Source: Tubulanus polymorphus (taxonomy: Eukaryota > Animalia > Nemertea). Taken from it: DNA of 64,000 bases. Below the pieces are notes generated by a model. It was not told the DNA's origin. It did no database searches and saw only the letters and a list, made by a program, of their open reading frames with translations. Each line of letters starts with the position of its first letter. Position 1 is the first letter of the stretch. Location: contig NC_134035.1 in NCBI RefSeq assembly GCF_964204645.1, positions 682,001 through 746,000 of the forward strand. The letters are read 5' to 3'. A program made the position numbers and the translations under genes. Positions 40,917 to 52,977 of this stretch are shown here, piece by piece.

Positions 40917-41750
40917 AAGCCGCGCAGCATATCTCTTAAACATTCACGAGAAACGAATCAAATATCGTGTGTACGTGTTGAATTAAAAACTGTTTAATGA
41001 TATGACACAAGGTACATATAAGATAGAAAGTCTGAGCACTATTAACACATACAGGATGGTATCTTATAGAATATAAACTAATGTGCAAAAAGACCAATAT
41101 GTTCAGAAATTATATATGATAATGATTAAATATAAAATAATCGTATATGTACATGTACGTAAACTGCTAATGTCTTAAATCTTGTATATCACCATTGCAT
41201 TCAAGATCGCATTTTCTCAGTCTCTGTGGTTGCGTCTTAAACCGACTAAAAACAGCCCGAAAATCCAATCACCCCTCATCACCGAATATTCGCTAAATAC
41301 TTGGTCTTCATCCACCGTCCTATACTGGACGCAATGAGTTGAACTCACACATTTATTAATCGTTTTTGTCTTCAAATTTCATATATTATCTTTACGATAA
41401 TATTAACACGTGACCGCGTTCAAGCTTACAAAAGCTTATCGTGAAAATGGACCCGATTGGTGGAAGGGATATACGTAACTGAAAAAAATCCGGTGGTCCA
41501 CTCGCTTAGAGGTTGGTTAAAGGTCGAATCTGTCACTGTTTATGCGCGGCATTCATTAGTTTTAACCAGCGTTCGAGCAACTGCGCCCTGACATTTTTCA
41601 TGTACATTAATGCAGGTATAATGGGCTCGACGTTCCACCGATTCTAATTATGAAAATAATGTTTCCACATACTCTTACTCGAGGGACCAATATTGTATAT
41701 ACATAGTACATGTAATCTCAATGTAAACTGCAACTGCTGCCAAGTCGTTA

Positions 41751-41984
41751 TACAGTGGGACCTCGTCGCTGATACGATTCTCGATAAAGATGAAACGCCG
41801 TTTATTATTATAACGATGATTTCCAGCACGTTCCAGCTATATATTCACAGGCGTGAAACCTCTGTTTATTATGTGAAAAAATAAGTCAGACGGTTTTAAG
41901 TTTTATTTAGCTACATGAATCCAGATTTGGGTGATACGAAATTTCAAGTTTTCCCACAAGTTTCCTATCAACGAGGTTGCACTG
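41751..41984. mobile_element. Decayed Tigger-like MITE
   Basis: TA-CAGTGGGACCTCGT...ACGAGGTTGCACTG-TA. Confidence 0.5.
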
Positions 41985-43100
41985 TATATACGTATAGATA
42001 GAATTTCTTTTTATCCAATTGATGAATTTGCTATGCACTTTAGAGAGTAGGTTGGAATTGATGCCGTTTTGTAATTTTTTGAAAGCTTTTATTGGGCTTT
42101 ATGTGCGCGGTCTGAGTAATGTGTTTCCATTTAAAATCTATGGTACCAGGGTAAATTATGCAGTGTGCGTCAAACGAAAAATAACAATAAAAAAATTTCA
42201 ATATCCAAATTAGAAAAATATCTTGACGTTTTTTTTTTCTGTGTGGGTCTTGGCTTATTGGGATATGGTTGAATTTTCTTTTCTTTTTGTATCGGATAAG
42301 GCTCATATTTCGTTGCATCGAAAGCTTTCGTTTTGATTAACCGATTTTCAGTGTCGGTGATTCTGGTATTCGCAAGTATGACTTATTGCTGGATTTTGTA
42401 ACTAAAAATGTGTATTCAGACTTTGATGTTAGATGTATCAAGATCCAAACTGTGAAATTCATAATTTCTGGCCTAAAAACAATGCACAAAGAGACATTGT
42501 CTTTATGTTGTTTTGATAGCAACTGATATCCTCATATCAGTCATTTCTTCACTTGTAGAAGCCTAGAGAATCCAGCGCTGGAGAAATAATTTCTATGATT
42601 GAAATAATTACCGCTGGAATTCTGTGACAAGGGTTGCATTATTCTTATTTACTTTGCGTGAAAAGCGGTTTTGTCCGGGCATTTCTCGATGAAACTGAAA
42701 AAAAAATCGTCAAGCTTGATTTAAGCGCATCTCCACGGCAACACGCAAAATGATACAAGCAAAAATAATCAGCGAAAAGCGGCTCTGATGCTATGGATTA
42801 GTGTGTTACATTTATCTACCGTTTGGAAATGTCATTGCTGTGCTGACCAAGAAACCTTAAAAAGGAAATGTACAATATACGATATTAAAATTATGCATTA
42901 AATGCCCAAAAATCGTATGTTTCAGTTCAGAATTTTTTGCATTTCATTAGAGCGAGTGGCTCGCATCTGGAACTGACACTTTTGTTATTTGTTTGTAACG
43001 ATATATAATGTGGCAAAAATGTACGTTAGAAATATCGCAATTGTTAACGGTTATTTCAACTAGAAAAGCTATTAAGTTCGCAAACGCAGTTTCCACGATG

Positions 43101-43226
43101 ACTGATACCGCGAGTCGGACTGATACCGCGAGTCGGACTGATACCGCGAGTTGGACTGATACCGCGAGTTGGACTGATACCGCGAGTTGGACTGATACCG
43201 CGAGTCGGACTGATACCGCGAGTTGG
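43101..43226. repeat. 18-bp tandem repeat (ACTGATACCGCGAGTYGG) x7
   Basis: Direct tandem array. Confidence 0.95.
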
Positions 43227-45306
43227 GGTATTGTCGCTAAAACGAATGAATAATCGTCCGCATAAAACTCGTTAAAAAGACATATTTTTCGATTCTGTTG
43301 CCGCCCGTCTTGGTAATAAAGCGTTGACACTGATTCGACTTCCTCGACTTTTAAACGATTACTTGATATTCATACCGTCCCATGTATATTAAGCACCAGC
43401 AGTGTCAAGACATGATCTATAGGCCCGACTGCTGCCAAACTAATGATAAACTGTTCAAATTATGATGGTGTCAAAACTATGATGATCTTATAACTAGATT
43501 AATACTTTCTATGACAAAAAATACCATCTTATGCGCTTGCAGTTTAGTATTTTACAGATAAGAAACAATTTCGACTTCACTTTAGCCAAAACGTCTAGCA
43601 TACAACTAGCGTTGCAAACGAAAGACAGCTTTATATGTGGTATTTAAGCTTCTACGTAGCTTCATACTCTGGCAACGAACTCCCACTCTTTTTATTATTA
43701 TTAGAGATATTCTATCTTCTATATTATCATCGCAACGCATCAACGTGTTAAGTCCCTATTTCACGACAAGTCATCAAGAAGCGGGGAATAAATTCATAAA
43801 TTTCACACCTAAGAACGTCATAAAAACAGCGCAACTCGGCGTGAAAACTCTGTTTATTATGTGAAAAAATCATTCAGACGGTTTTAAGTTTTATTTTGTT
43901 AATCGATTCGGGGATTTAAAGCGATATAAACCGAATAAAGCATCCGTTCTCACAGGCTCGTTCTGGTTTGTTATCACCGTTGAACACGACGAGTCCAATT
44001 CGATAAATATTTTATAGCTAGACAGGATATGAAACGATATATCGGTTGATTGCGGTGATCGCGTGCGACAGCGATTCCGACCGGTGGTAAATCAATTTAT
44101 AATTCCAGTTTAATAATAAGAAGGCACCGGCGACGCCGCATCGACTGTTTTTATATTTTGTGTAGTAATTTCCTTTTTGTCGATGATGTAAAATTAGGAA
44201 TTTACAGTAACACGAAACGCTTTTCCTCTGAACCCGTCTGCGCCGCGTGCGCTGCGTGCTTCATCTAAAATACTAAATGCATTTCCCGAGAAGATATGAG
44301 TTGGCTAAAATGTACCAGCTATCATTATTCATTTTAATAATGATTATCATAATAATGATGATAATTTATATTTTCATACCGCCTTACGCATGCGCTTCAA
44401 AGCGGTTTACAACAATTATACTAAATATAGTTTAAAACACTGAATATAAATAGAAATGTCAGACGGGTATAAGTATAATTGTGTTTACCTATGGCATTTT
44501 TACCTCTGGCATTTCTACCCATGGCGTCATTACCTACGGCATTTTTTTAACTATATTGATGTGAAGTTTACTTAATAATCGAGTAAGTAACATATAATGA
44601 TAGTTGGGACATTGGTTCTTTCTTTATATACAAATTGGGATTTGTTTTCCTACATGCAGCGACTCTTCTTGCCTTGGATCTGTAAAGATTCGATGCGGAA
44701 AGCGAATTCCGGTACAATTTCAGTGGAAAAGTTTAAGACATATAGTCACGCAGGGCACGCGATTATCAGAGGCAATCGGCACCATGACAATCGCAGTCAA
44801 CTGTTTACTTATTTCATGTTTTTCCTCTTGGTGTTATGTTAAACATTTCGCTCCTCTGGGGTCTGTTTGACAGTTTTACGAATAAGCGACTCCGCAAACC
44901 AGGAATAAAGTCTGCCTGCGTGATGATATTTAGACTATGTACCGGTGATAGTCCTGTTCAAAGCAACACGTTGAATGTTGATATTGTGGTCACCCCCCCC
45001 CCCCCCCCCTCCCCTCCCCTCCCCCATAGCGACGTGGCTTTTACTCGTTATGAGTTGGTGTCTCGGCGGAACTCGAAAAAAAAAACACGCAATGATAACA
45101 ACTGTTATAAAGTATGCATGGTTTCATTGGCGCTCCGAAAAAAACAACAAACGGTCTGATTTGATTTGAAGCGTTCCAGGAAACAGATTGATAACGACCA
45201 CGCGATTATTCACTCGTCCGCTCCGTTGGATGCAACATGATTTTGGTTTTAATTTGTCGTTGTAAAAATCGCCGTTTTTAATAGAGAAGAAATACTGACC
45301 TACTCA

Positions 45307-45633
45307 ACTGTCTGTCACACATGCTCTTCGTGCGACGTTTTGGTCCGTAATTTCGTTAATAATCGGTTGATCTGTAAATATTTTGCATCAATTTGTTCAG
45401 TAAGGAATTTGCATTCAGAAATAAATCACGAACTGGCATAAATTTGTTTGTGTTTTCTTCTATCAGAGATAGTTTACCTAGCATACGCTCGCGTAATGCT
45501 GAGAAACGGCTTTTATGGCCCGTCACGTGGCGCCACCTACTGTATTTTGATATGCTAAAAGTGATGCGTAATAAAGGTAGATTATTAACGAAAAGACCAT
45601 AACGTCGCACGGAGAGCAGGTGTGACAGACAGT
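45307..45633. mobile_element. Foldback/MITE copy 1 (internal deletion in the right arm)
   Basis: TIR ACTGTCTGTCACACATGCTC..GTGCGACGTT / AACGTCGCAC..GAGCAGGTGTGACAGACAGT. Internal sequence near-identical to 47923-48050. Confidence 0.75.
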
Positions 45634-46310
45634 AAGCAAACTTACCTCTCAGAGTTTCGACGTAAGGAAGGAGACTAAGGATATTATTACGCAACCTACC
45701 TTTTGTTGAACCAAAATGCAGCTGGCAATTTCAAGTCGAAGTGAGAAATTTCGGAGACCGAATGAGCTGATGTAGGTCCACTGACGTAGGTTTAGTGTCA
45801 CAGCTAGGAAATATTTTAGAAAGTAGATAATAGCTGAAACAAACCCCTTTTTTTCAAATTGCTCGACCCACAACAACTCTGTGCTCAAAGTAAGTTAGTG
45901 CCAGATGCTCATAGGTTGGCTAAAGTAGAATATCGGGCCCCAGTTTCAAATACAGAGAATTCAACACTAATATAACGAAAGATGACGTTTGAAAAGTTTC
46001 CTAAAAGCAATTTATTGATTCAACGTTTCGAACATAACCCAATATAGTCATCTTCTCTCTGGTGATACTATAGTGTGGGATTCTTCATATATCGTCCATG
46101 GACATTCAATTTCACAAATGGTTTTCACAGTTCTCAGTGAAGTTTGACCTCAGACTCATGGAGTTTTACAGTCCATGGTTAGACCAGTGTTCTCAGTAGG
46201 TGTAGTGTGTTTGCTATAGGGACACCAAATCAAAACAAATCAAACGGAATCTACCAATCAAATAAATAACAGGGTAAATCCCTGTTCAAACATTTTAAAA
46301 AAGAAAAACG

Positions 46311-47186
46311 CTAATTATTCAAGTCAAAACTCACTGCGGAAATACCGCAAGCGAAGTTTTTGATTGTCGCTACATCATTTCGAATATCTACTGGACTAAC
46401 TTTAACCAACTTCTGAACAACTGGCATCGCCTTATTTTGAAGTAAGCTGTGATACGCACCCCCGAAACAAATTTGTCTCATCATATTCAGCTGATCCGGT
46501 GACGACGTGTTGTAAAATTCGCCGAACAACACCACGTTTTTCATCAGCCCGTCCAGCTGACCCCCGTCGCTGTTTTCACCGATATCCAGTCGTCCCGTGG
46601 TCGACGAGGAACGATCATCGAATATCTGCTGGTAGATATCCGCAGTACCGTTATCCACAGAGCGCACCGTAAACTGTAAACCGTTCGATTCTTTCCGCGC
46701 GCTCCAGCTCACTGCGTTCCACTGATTTTGTGTCAGTTTGGCGACCGTCGGTTGTACTGTCGGATCGTTGTTTGTGAGCTTGATTTTCAGAAATCCCGAC
46801 TGTTGAAAAATACCGATTCCGTTGTGCCACGAGAACAAACCGCCTTGGTAAATATTTCGCGGAAACACGCAAAATACGTTCGTCATTCCGCTCGAGTTCA
46901 ACGCGTCGAACTTCGAGTCGTGGTTGGCGATTTCAATTCTGCGCGATTTCGGATAGGAAAAATCGCAAACCTTTCGACCGTCATCGTCTGCGTAATACTC
47001 ATAACTGTACTGAAAACTACCGTTTATTCCATTGGAAGAATAGTCCCGCGCGTCGCCGTCCAGTGGCCACACTCCGATTGCCGTTCCGAATTCACTAGCC
47101 CATGTAGCCCACGTTGGCGATGATGTAGACGTAGTCAGCCCTATTGATAAACTTAACAGCAGATACAAACGATGTGTGAAATTCAT
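46311..47186 (-). CDS. Secreted protein with a LamG/concanavalin-A-like domain (first exon; may continue downstream)
   Basis: N-terminal signal peptide (RLYLLLSLSIGL). Motifs GVWPLDGDARDYSSNGING, NQWNAVSWS and LDIG...LDGLMKNVVLF fit LamG-3-like repeats. Candidate donor GTGAGT at 46334. Confidence 0.7.
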   Translation of the reverse strand: MNFTHRLYLLLSLSIGLTTSTSSPTWATWASEFGTAIGVWPLDGDARDYSSNGINGSFQYSYEYYADDDGRKVCDFSYPKSRRIEIANHDSKFDALNSSGMTNVFCVFPRNIYQGGLFSWHNGIGIFQQSGFLKIKLTNNDPTVQPTVAKLTQNQWNAVSWSARKESNGLQFTVRSVDNGTADIYQQIFDDRSSSTTGRLDIGENSDGGQLDGLMKNVVLFGEFYNTSSPDQLNMMRQICFGGAYHSLLQNKAMPVVQKLVKVSPVDIRNDVATIKNFACGISAVSFDLNN

Positions 47187-47922
47187 GTTTGCGCGGGATT
47201 CGCGGTGCGCGGCATCTCGCTAGATGATTTTGAAAAGAGTAGCGAGCGCGATGATAACGGGCCGTTTCATTTATCTGAACGCGCGGTCTGTTGGTCGTCG
47301 ATAAGCCGCGTTCTAATGAAGCGATGACGATACGGCGTTGTCGTCGCCGGCATCAGCAAAACAGCGATAAATTCATCGCACAATTTTTCGCTCGAGGAAT
47401 AAAAACTATTACATAACGACTGGCGCGCGCGGGCGCAAATACGACGTGTGGTCGTGAAAAATCGTGTTCTCGAAAAAGGTTCGTTCCGAACAATTACCGT
47501 TATACGTGACGGCGAAAATTGGAATATACGTGTCGATCAGTCATTCTGTCGGTTTGATACATGGCGGACGAAGTGGCCAGTCGCGTGCGAACGGGCTATC
47601 ATAGAAACGCCGCGACGAAAACAATGCCGACAAAATAGATGCCTTTCTCGTTAGTGGTAATGCGTAATTCTAATTCGAAACCTGTCAACGGGCGCTATAG
47701 TTGTCGTCAACGCGTTATTAATGATTTATCATCGTGAGATATCCACATCATCGTTTTTTATATTATATGTATCCAATTTAAGTGCAGTTTGGAAATAGCC
47801 CCAATGTACTTTTTACTTGTAAAAACCTGCAGCACAGATACACCCGGTGACGACAGAGGTTGCAGTTGTTCAAACGTTGATTTCAGTTGTCCCTTGTCCT
47901 AAACCATGCGATTCATCTAGAA

Positions 47923-48293
47923 TAACTGGCATAAATTTGTTTGTGTTTTCTTCTATCAGCGATAGTTTACCTAGCATACGCTCGCGTAATGCTGGAAAAC
48001 GGCTTTTATGGCCTGTCACGTGGCGCCACCTAGTGTATTTTGATATGCTAATGAGCAGGTGATGACGTCACCGTAACGTTTCCGAGCGTCCGCGGGGCAT
48101 TTTTAAGCATTACGCGAGCGTATGCCGAGTAAACCATCGCTCATAAACAAAAACAACTTTATTGAAAATTGTTGTTTATTTCTGAAAGCAAATTCCTCAC
48201 TGAACAAATTGATGCGTAATTAAGGTAGATACACCGATTATTAACAAAATAACGGACCAAAACGTCGCACGGAGAGCATGTGTGACGGACAGT
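47923..48293. mobile_element. Foldback/MITE copy 2 of the 45307-45633 family (outer left arm missing)
   Basis: Shares AACTGGCATAAATTTGTTTGTG...GATATGCTAA with copy 1. Full inverted right arm ends ...GTGTGACGGACAGT. Confidence 0.75.
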
Positions 48294-50530
48294 AATGTAT
48301 GTTAGCCCGGATAACAGTAGTATCACTCATATTGCCCTTTCTACAACCGAAACCCAAAACCCTTTGAATAGAATTTTTTACAAAAGACCACATCTTTCAT
48401 AATTACAATTAATACCCGGTCACCAGTTGCTGCACTTGTGAAAATGTAATAGGCCTCAGTATATTCACCAAAAAAACCTAGACATAAGTATCACTGATTT
48501 TGTTGAATAGAACGTTGCCATTTGATTTCACACGCTGAGATTGTGCAATATAGCAACTGCATAGAATATTCATTCGATAATTTAGAACAGATTCTAGTCG
48601 TTGTGTATGATTACACAATAGATCATCAGCCCGATATTCGTTACGCTTCGCTTGTTTAAAGTGCTCTACTCCCCTTCAGAAATAACACCTCCCCTTCAGA
48701 AATAACACCTCCCCTTCAGAAATAATACCTAACACTAAGCGAACGCGAGAAGAATTTACAATTTTTCTATACGATATTTGATGAGTAAATGATTAGTCGA
48801 ATATTTGATGAATAATCCGTTTAAGACGGGTTGATTTGAGAGACCTCACCTCAACGCTAAACCGCTGCGTAGAATTCCTTCCCCCGAACACATTATCAGT
48901 TGATGCTGATCCGAATTATCACGAGTCGTTCGCTTTTTACGTGCGCGCGACAATCGTCGAAATGGACGGTGTGCGTGCCTGGCTGGAAACTATGGACAAC
49001 ATCCATTATCACCAGTTTCTCCAATCACTCGTCCAGAACCACGACGAGTCGACGATTCACTCAACGAAATTAATAAGATAATTGAAACGGTTAAAGGAAA
49101 CAATTCTCTTTCGCCGGAAATAGATCGACCGTTTCCGCCGCGCGCCTATCATTAAGGTGATTAAAATAATGTGTGAGGCGCCTCGGATAGAAATAGGTCG
49201 AGACGCTGTACACAATATCCGATACACAAAATCGCACAATCAATTATTATTTTTATGGGATTTATTGTGCAAGGATCGTTCACCCCCCTCCCCCTTCCCC
49301 ACAGAAAAATAAACTCCCTCATCACTTGAATCTTCATTCATTTTTAAATGTCTTGAAAATAATTTTTTTTGATCTTAAAACAGGGATTGACTCTGTAATC
49401 TATTTGGTTGGTAAATTTCGTTTGATTTTTTCTTGTTTGATTGAGTGTCACTTTTAAACCCACCACACCTGCCGGGAGCGAAACAGAGGGTTTGATTTTG
49501 AAATCGGATATCGAAGTATAGATATATAGTTGTGTGGTCGGCGGTCTAATTTACAGCATTTGTTTAAATCGAAGTACATAATAAGACATGACCCGGTTGT
49601 CGCCATGTTTTGTAACCCAACAATTTCAGGCACATGAACTATTCAAAGATAGTGGTTATCGTTCAACCTGATACATCTGTTCAAGTTATATTCAGTCAGT
49701 GATATCTCATTATCATCGCTGTTGATGTTGAGAGTAATTGAATTGCGCATGTTTTAAATATACACCACCACACTCCGTCGTTGTCTCAGCGTCACTTGTT
49801 ATGGTTCTGCCAAGCGCGTCTGATATCAAGACGAAACTCAGTAAACGAAAGCTTTGTTCGGTCTACGTTGAGAGTCACAATCGCGCTTCGTAAACAACAA
49901 GGATTTCAACGACGATTTCAGAGAGGTAAATTTTGAATCAAGTTTTCGAAATACAATCAATATGACTGAAACGTTAAGATAAAAACCGATTTCTTTTAAT
50001 TTGTAAATAGTCGGTTTTTATCTTATCATCTGTTCACCACGTTTGAGTGTGGTTATCGTACCATGACTGAAACGATTTTCTATCGATCTTTGAAAACATG
50101 AAATGAAACCAACCGGAACTATGATCGATAGTGGCTCAAAGGAAAGAATTTCTATCAACTTTTATTTTGATAATTTTTATATAATTAGACTAGTACTGAT
50201 TTGTATAATAAAGATGTATCAGATACCAGATTACCTACAGTGCATAACCTAGTCAACGCCTTGAATCTAATACTGGGGCGTCAACTAGTATTGTGTCATA
50301 TCTTAAATTAATTTACTGGGTCCTTCAGGTAATAAGTTTATGTTAACTTCACCAGTCGTCAAGCGTCTTATAATACATTATGTATCTATTCCGCGAACAT
50401 ATAAACATATAAACTACCATACGTAATAATAACGAGGAATAAGAAAAAGTGCAGGAAACACACATACACATCAAGTCCTATAATCCTATAAACATTAACA
50501 TCGTGTCATTCTTTATTTTTCTAGTTGAAT

Positions 50531-51541
50531 ATGAATAGGACAAGAACAGCGACGAACACAGATATGGGTCGAGCTGATGAGGAGAACACCAGTCTCCCCG
50601 TCGGTTTCCAACGGGTCTCGTGCACTCTTACACCCGATCATGAAAGTGCTTTAAACGCGCTTAAGGCGTTTACGGTTATGCTGTCCAGTTGTTCGGCGCT
50701 GATCGGTTTTCCTTTGAACTTGCTCATTATTGCTGCCTTCGTAACCAATCTTAAACTGCGAATCCCTCTGAACTATTTTACAGTCATTATGTCGATTATC
50801 GATGCGATCCACGCCTTCGTCAACGAACCGATCTTAATCAGCCGCGTCTTCGTGCCGTATACGTACCCGCATTTCATCTGCGCGATACGGCTATTGGTCA
50901 GCCACTGGACGTTCTTCAATTCGGTCATCACCGTCACCATTATAAGCGTTATTCGCTTCGGCAGTATCGTCAAAGGCACGAACAACATAGCGCCGATAAC
51001 GGCGATCATAGCGATCAGTATCGTCCAAGCCGTCTGCGGTATTACGGGTATCTTATCGCTCACCAATCCGACAGACGTTAGGATGAGTTTCTGTCAGTAC
51101 TACCGATTGACGGAGATAATAGTCGCGCCCGATGGCAAACCGGTAAGACATGCCGATCTTTCCTGGCTGTCATTTTTTGCCCTCGTCTGTGTGGGTTTCA
51201 TAGTGACGTCACTTTGTTACGTGGGTATCGTATGTATATTCCAGACGCGATACGCTGTGGTAAGAAAACAAAGATTCATTTTGCTAGGTATGAAAACTGC
51301 TTTTATCAACGTGATCAGTTTCTCGATCTTGTACTTTTCGGCATTCGCTATCGGATTCGTCGGAGCCAACATGTGGACGTGCCCGGTGGTCAACGAACTG
51401 TGCCGATTTTTAACGAGTCTAACCTATCTACACACGGTCATCAATCCGCTTATTTGCATCGCTCAGAACTCGTTTCTACGCGAAGTGATCAGAAAACTGA
51501 TCGGGTGCGCACCGACGGCTACTGTCTCCGTCATCGTTTGA
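50531..51541 (+). CDS. Divergent rhodopsin-like 7TM receptor, single coding exon
   Basis: Seven hydrophobic segments. GFPLN (TM1), LNYF..MSIID (TM2), C..ISVIRF (DRY position), CYVGI (TM5), INPLIC (TM7). A splice acceptor at 50523-50524 precedes the ATG. Confidence 0.8.
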   Translation: MNRTRTATNTDMGRADEENTSLPVGFQRVSCTLTPDHESALNALKAFTVMLSSCSALIGFPLNLLIIAAFVTNLKLRIPLNYFTVIMSIIDAIHAFVNEPILISRVFVPYTYPHFICAIRLLVSHWTFFNSVITVTIISVIRFGSIVKGTNNIAPITAIIAISIVQAVCGITGILSLTNPTDVRMSFCQYYRLTEIIVAPDGKPVRHADLSWLSFFALVCVGFIVTSLCYVGIVCIFQTRYAVVRKQRFILLGMKTAFINVISFSILYFSAFAIGFVGANMWTCPVVNELCRFLTSLTYLHTVINPLICIAQNSFLREVIRKLIGCAPTATVSVIV

Positions 51542-51717
51542 TCTGATTTCGATTCTGGCGCCGTTTTCAATATCTTCTAAACGACCAATATACATTTCGC
51601 ATGCGTTTTCTTACAGAGGGACGTGTTTGAACTGTATATTATTATAGGATCCTTGTGCTATATTAGAAAAATCTATTATTCATTATTATCAGTTCTATTC
51701 TTAGAAAGGTCTCCTCC

Positions 51718-52107
51718 CGTCCATTGGTGCCCCATCCATTGGTGCCCCATCCATTGGTGTCCTATCCATTGGTGCCCCATCCATTGGTGTCCCGTCCATT
51801 GGTGCCCCGTCCATTGGTGTCCCATCCATTGGTGCCCCATCTATTGGTGTCCTATCCATTGGTGCCCCATCCATTGGTGTCCTATCCATTGGTGCCCCAT
51901 CCATTGGTGTCCCGTCCATTGGTGCCCCGTCCATTGGTGTCCCATCCATTGGTGCCCCATCTATTGGTGTCCTATCCATTGGTGCCCCATCCATTGGTGC
52001 CCCATCCATTGGTGCCCAATCCATTGGTGCCCCATCCATTGGTGCCCCATCCGTTGGTGCCCCATCTATTGGTACCCCAGCTGTTGGTGCCCAATCCATT
52101 GGTACCC
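51718..52107. repeat. 15-bp minisatellite (CCATTGGTGYCCCAT), ~26 copies
   Basis: Tandem array just downstream of the GPCR stop. Generates the spurious PIHWC/PHPLV ORFs. Confidence 0.95.
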
Positions 52108-52977
52108 TCGCCGTTGTATTCAGTGTACGGATTGATATTTGATGTTAAACCATGTTCTTGCATGTATTAATGACTGAATATATTTAATTATCATGTATTA
52201 TCACTTGCTCGTTGTTATGGAGAATATATTGCGATGAATAAAACGTTGTCTGTTCTGTATCTGTAGTGTTCTTTCCTTATTCTCGTGTCACATCTCTGAG
52301 GACACTGAAATATATATTTACCTAAGAGACTTTTCTCATCCAGAATATCAGTTTCTCTGTACATATTTCATATACCCATATTCACTATTGTAATCTAATT
52401 TGAGGAAGCAATTATGATTCACTACCTTGCGCACACGGATCACTACTTGGGAGGCTCCTTTAGTTTTTTTTCTGTTAATCCCTCCTACATCATATTGAAA
52501 TTTCTCATTTTTTAAATGAAATGCTATGTTTTAATTCTATGCAGAAAATATGTAAGAATAAAGTATAAAAGAACGGTCTGGCTCGGTGGTCGACATCTGA
52601 GCGGTCAGTTGCGAGTCGTGAGAACGGAAAACAACCTAAATTGCCCGATATTTGTGAAAGCTAACAAAGCAAATCTTAACCGTCCAAACATAACGTACTT
52701 AACTAAAGCAGTTTGAGTTTACGGCAAATAAAATCTAGTTTTACGAAAGTTTTACGCAGCGAGTGTATATCAGAAAATTTAGATCATTTTAACGACGCTT
52801 GTGAACTTTAATGCCGCGGTAAAAATAGGACGCGTATATTGATGATGAGACAATAAACTGGTTAGGTTTAAGATTAAGTTTTAGTTGACGATCATATCGG
52901 AAATCTGTACCATTTGATAATTCATTAAACGTGATAAATCTACGAACGCGTGGAAAATTCGTAAGGAATTTGATATA

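Noticed and set aside
48836-49081. 81-aa ORF in a GC-richer island
   Set aside because: No ATG-initiated full ORF, recognizable motif or splice support.
51623-52170. Cys/His/Trp-rich (PIHWC)n ORF suggesting a metal-binding protein, plus overlapping ORFs
   Set aside because: Translation of a 15-bp tandem repeat that is open in several frames; no supporting gene structure.
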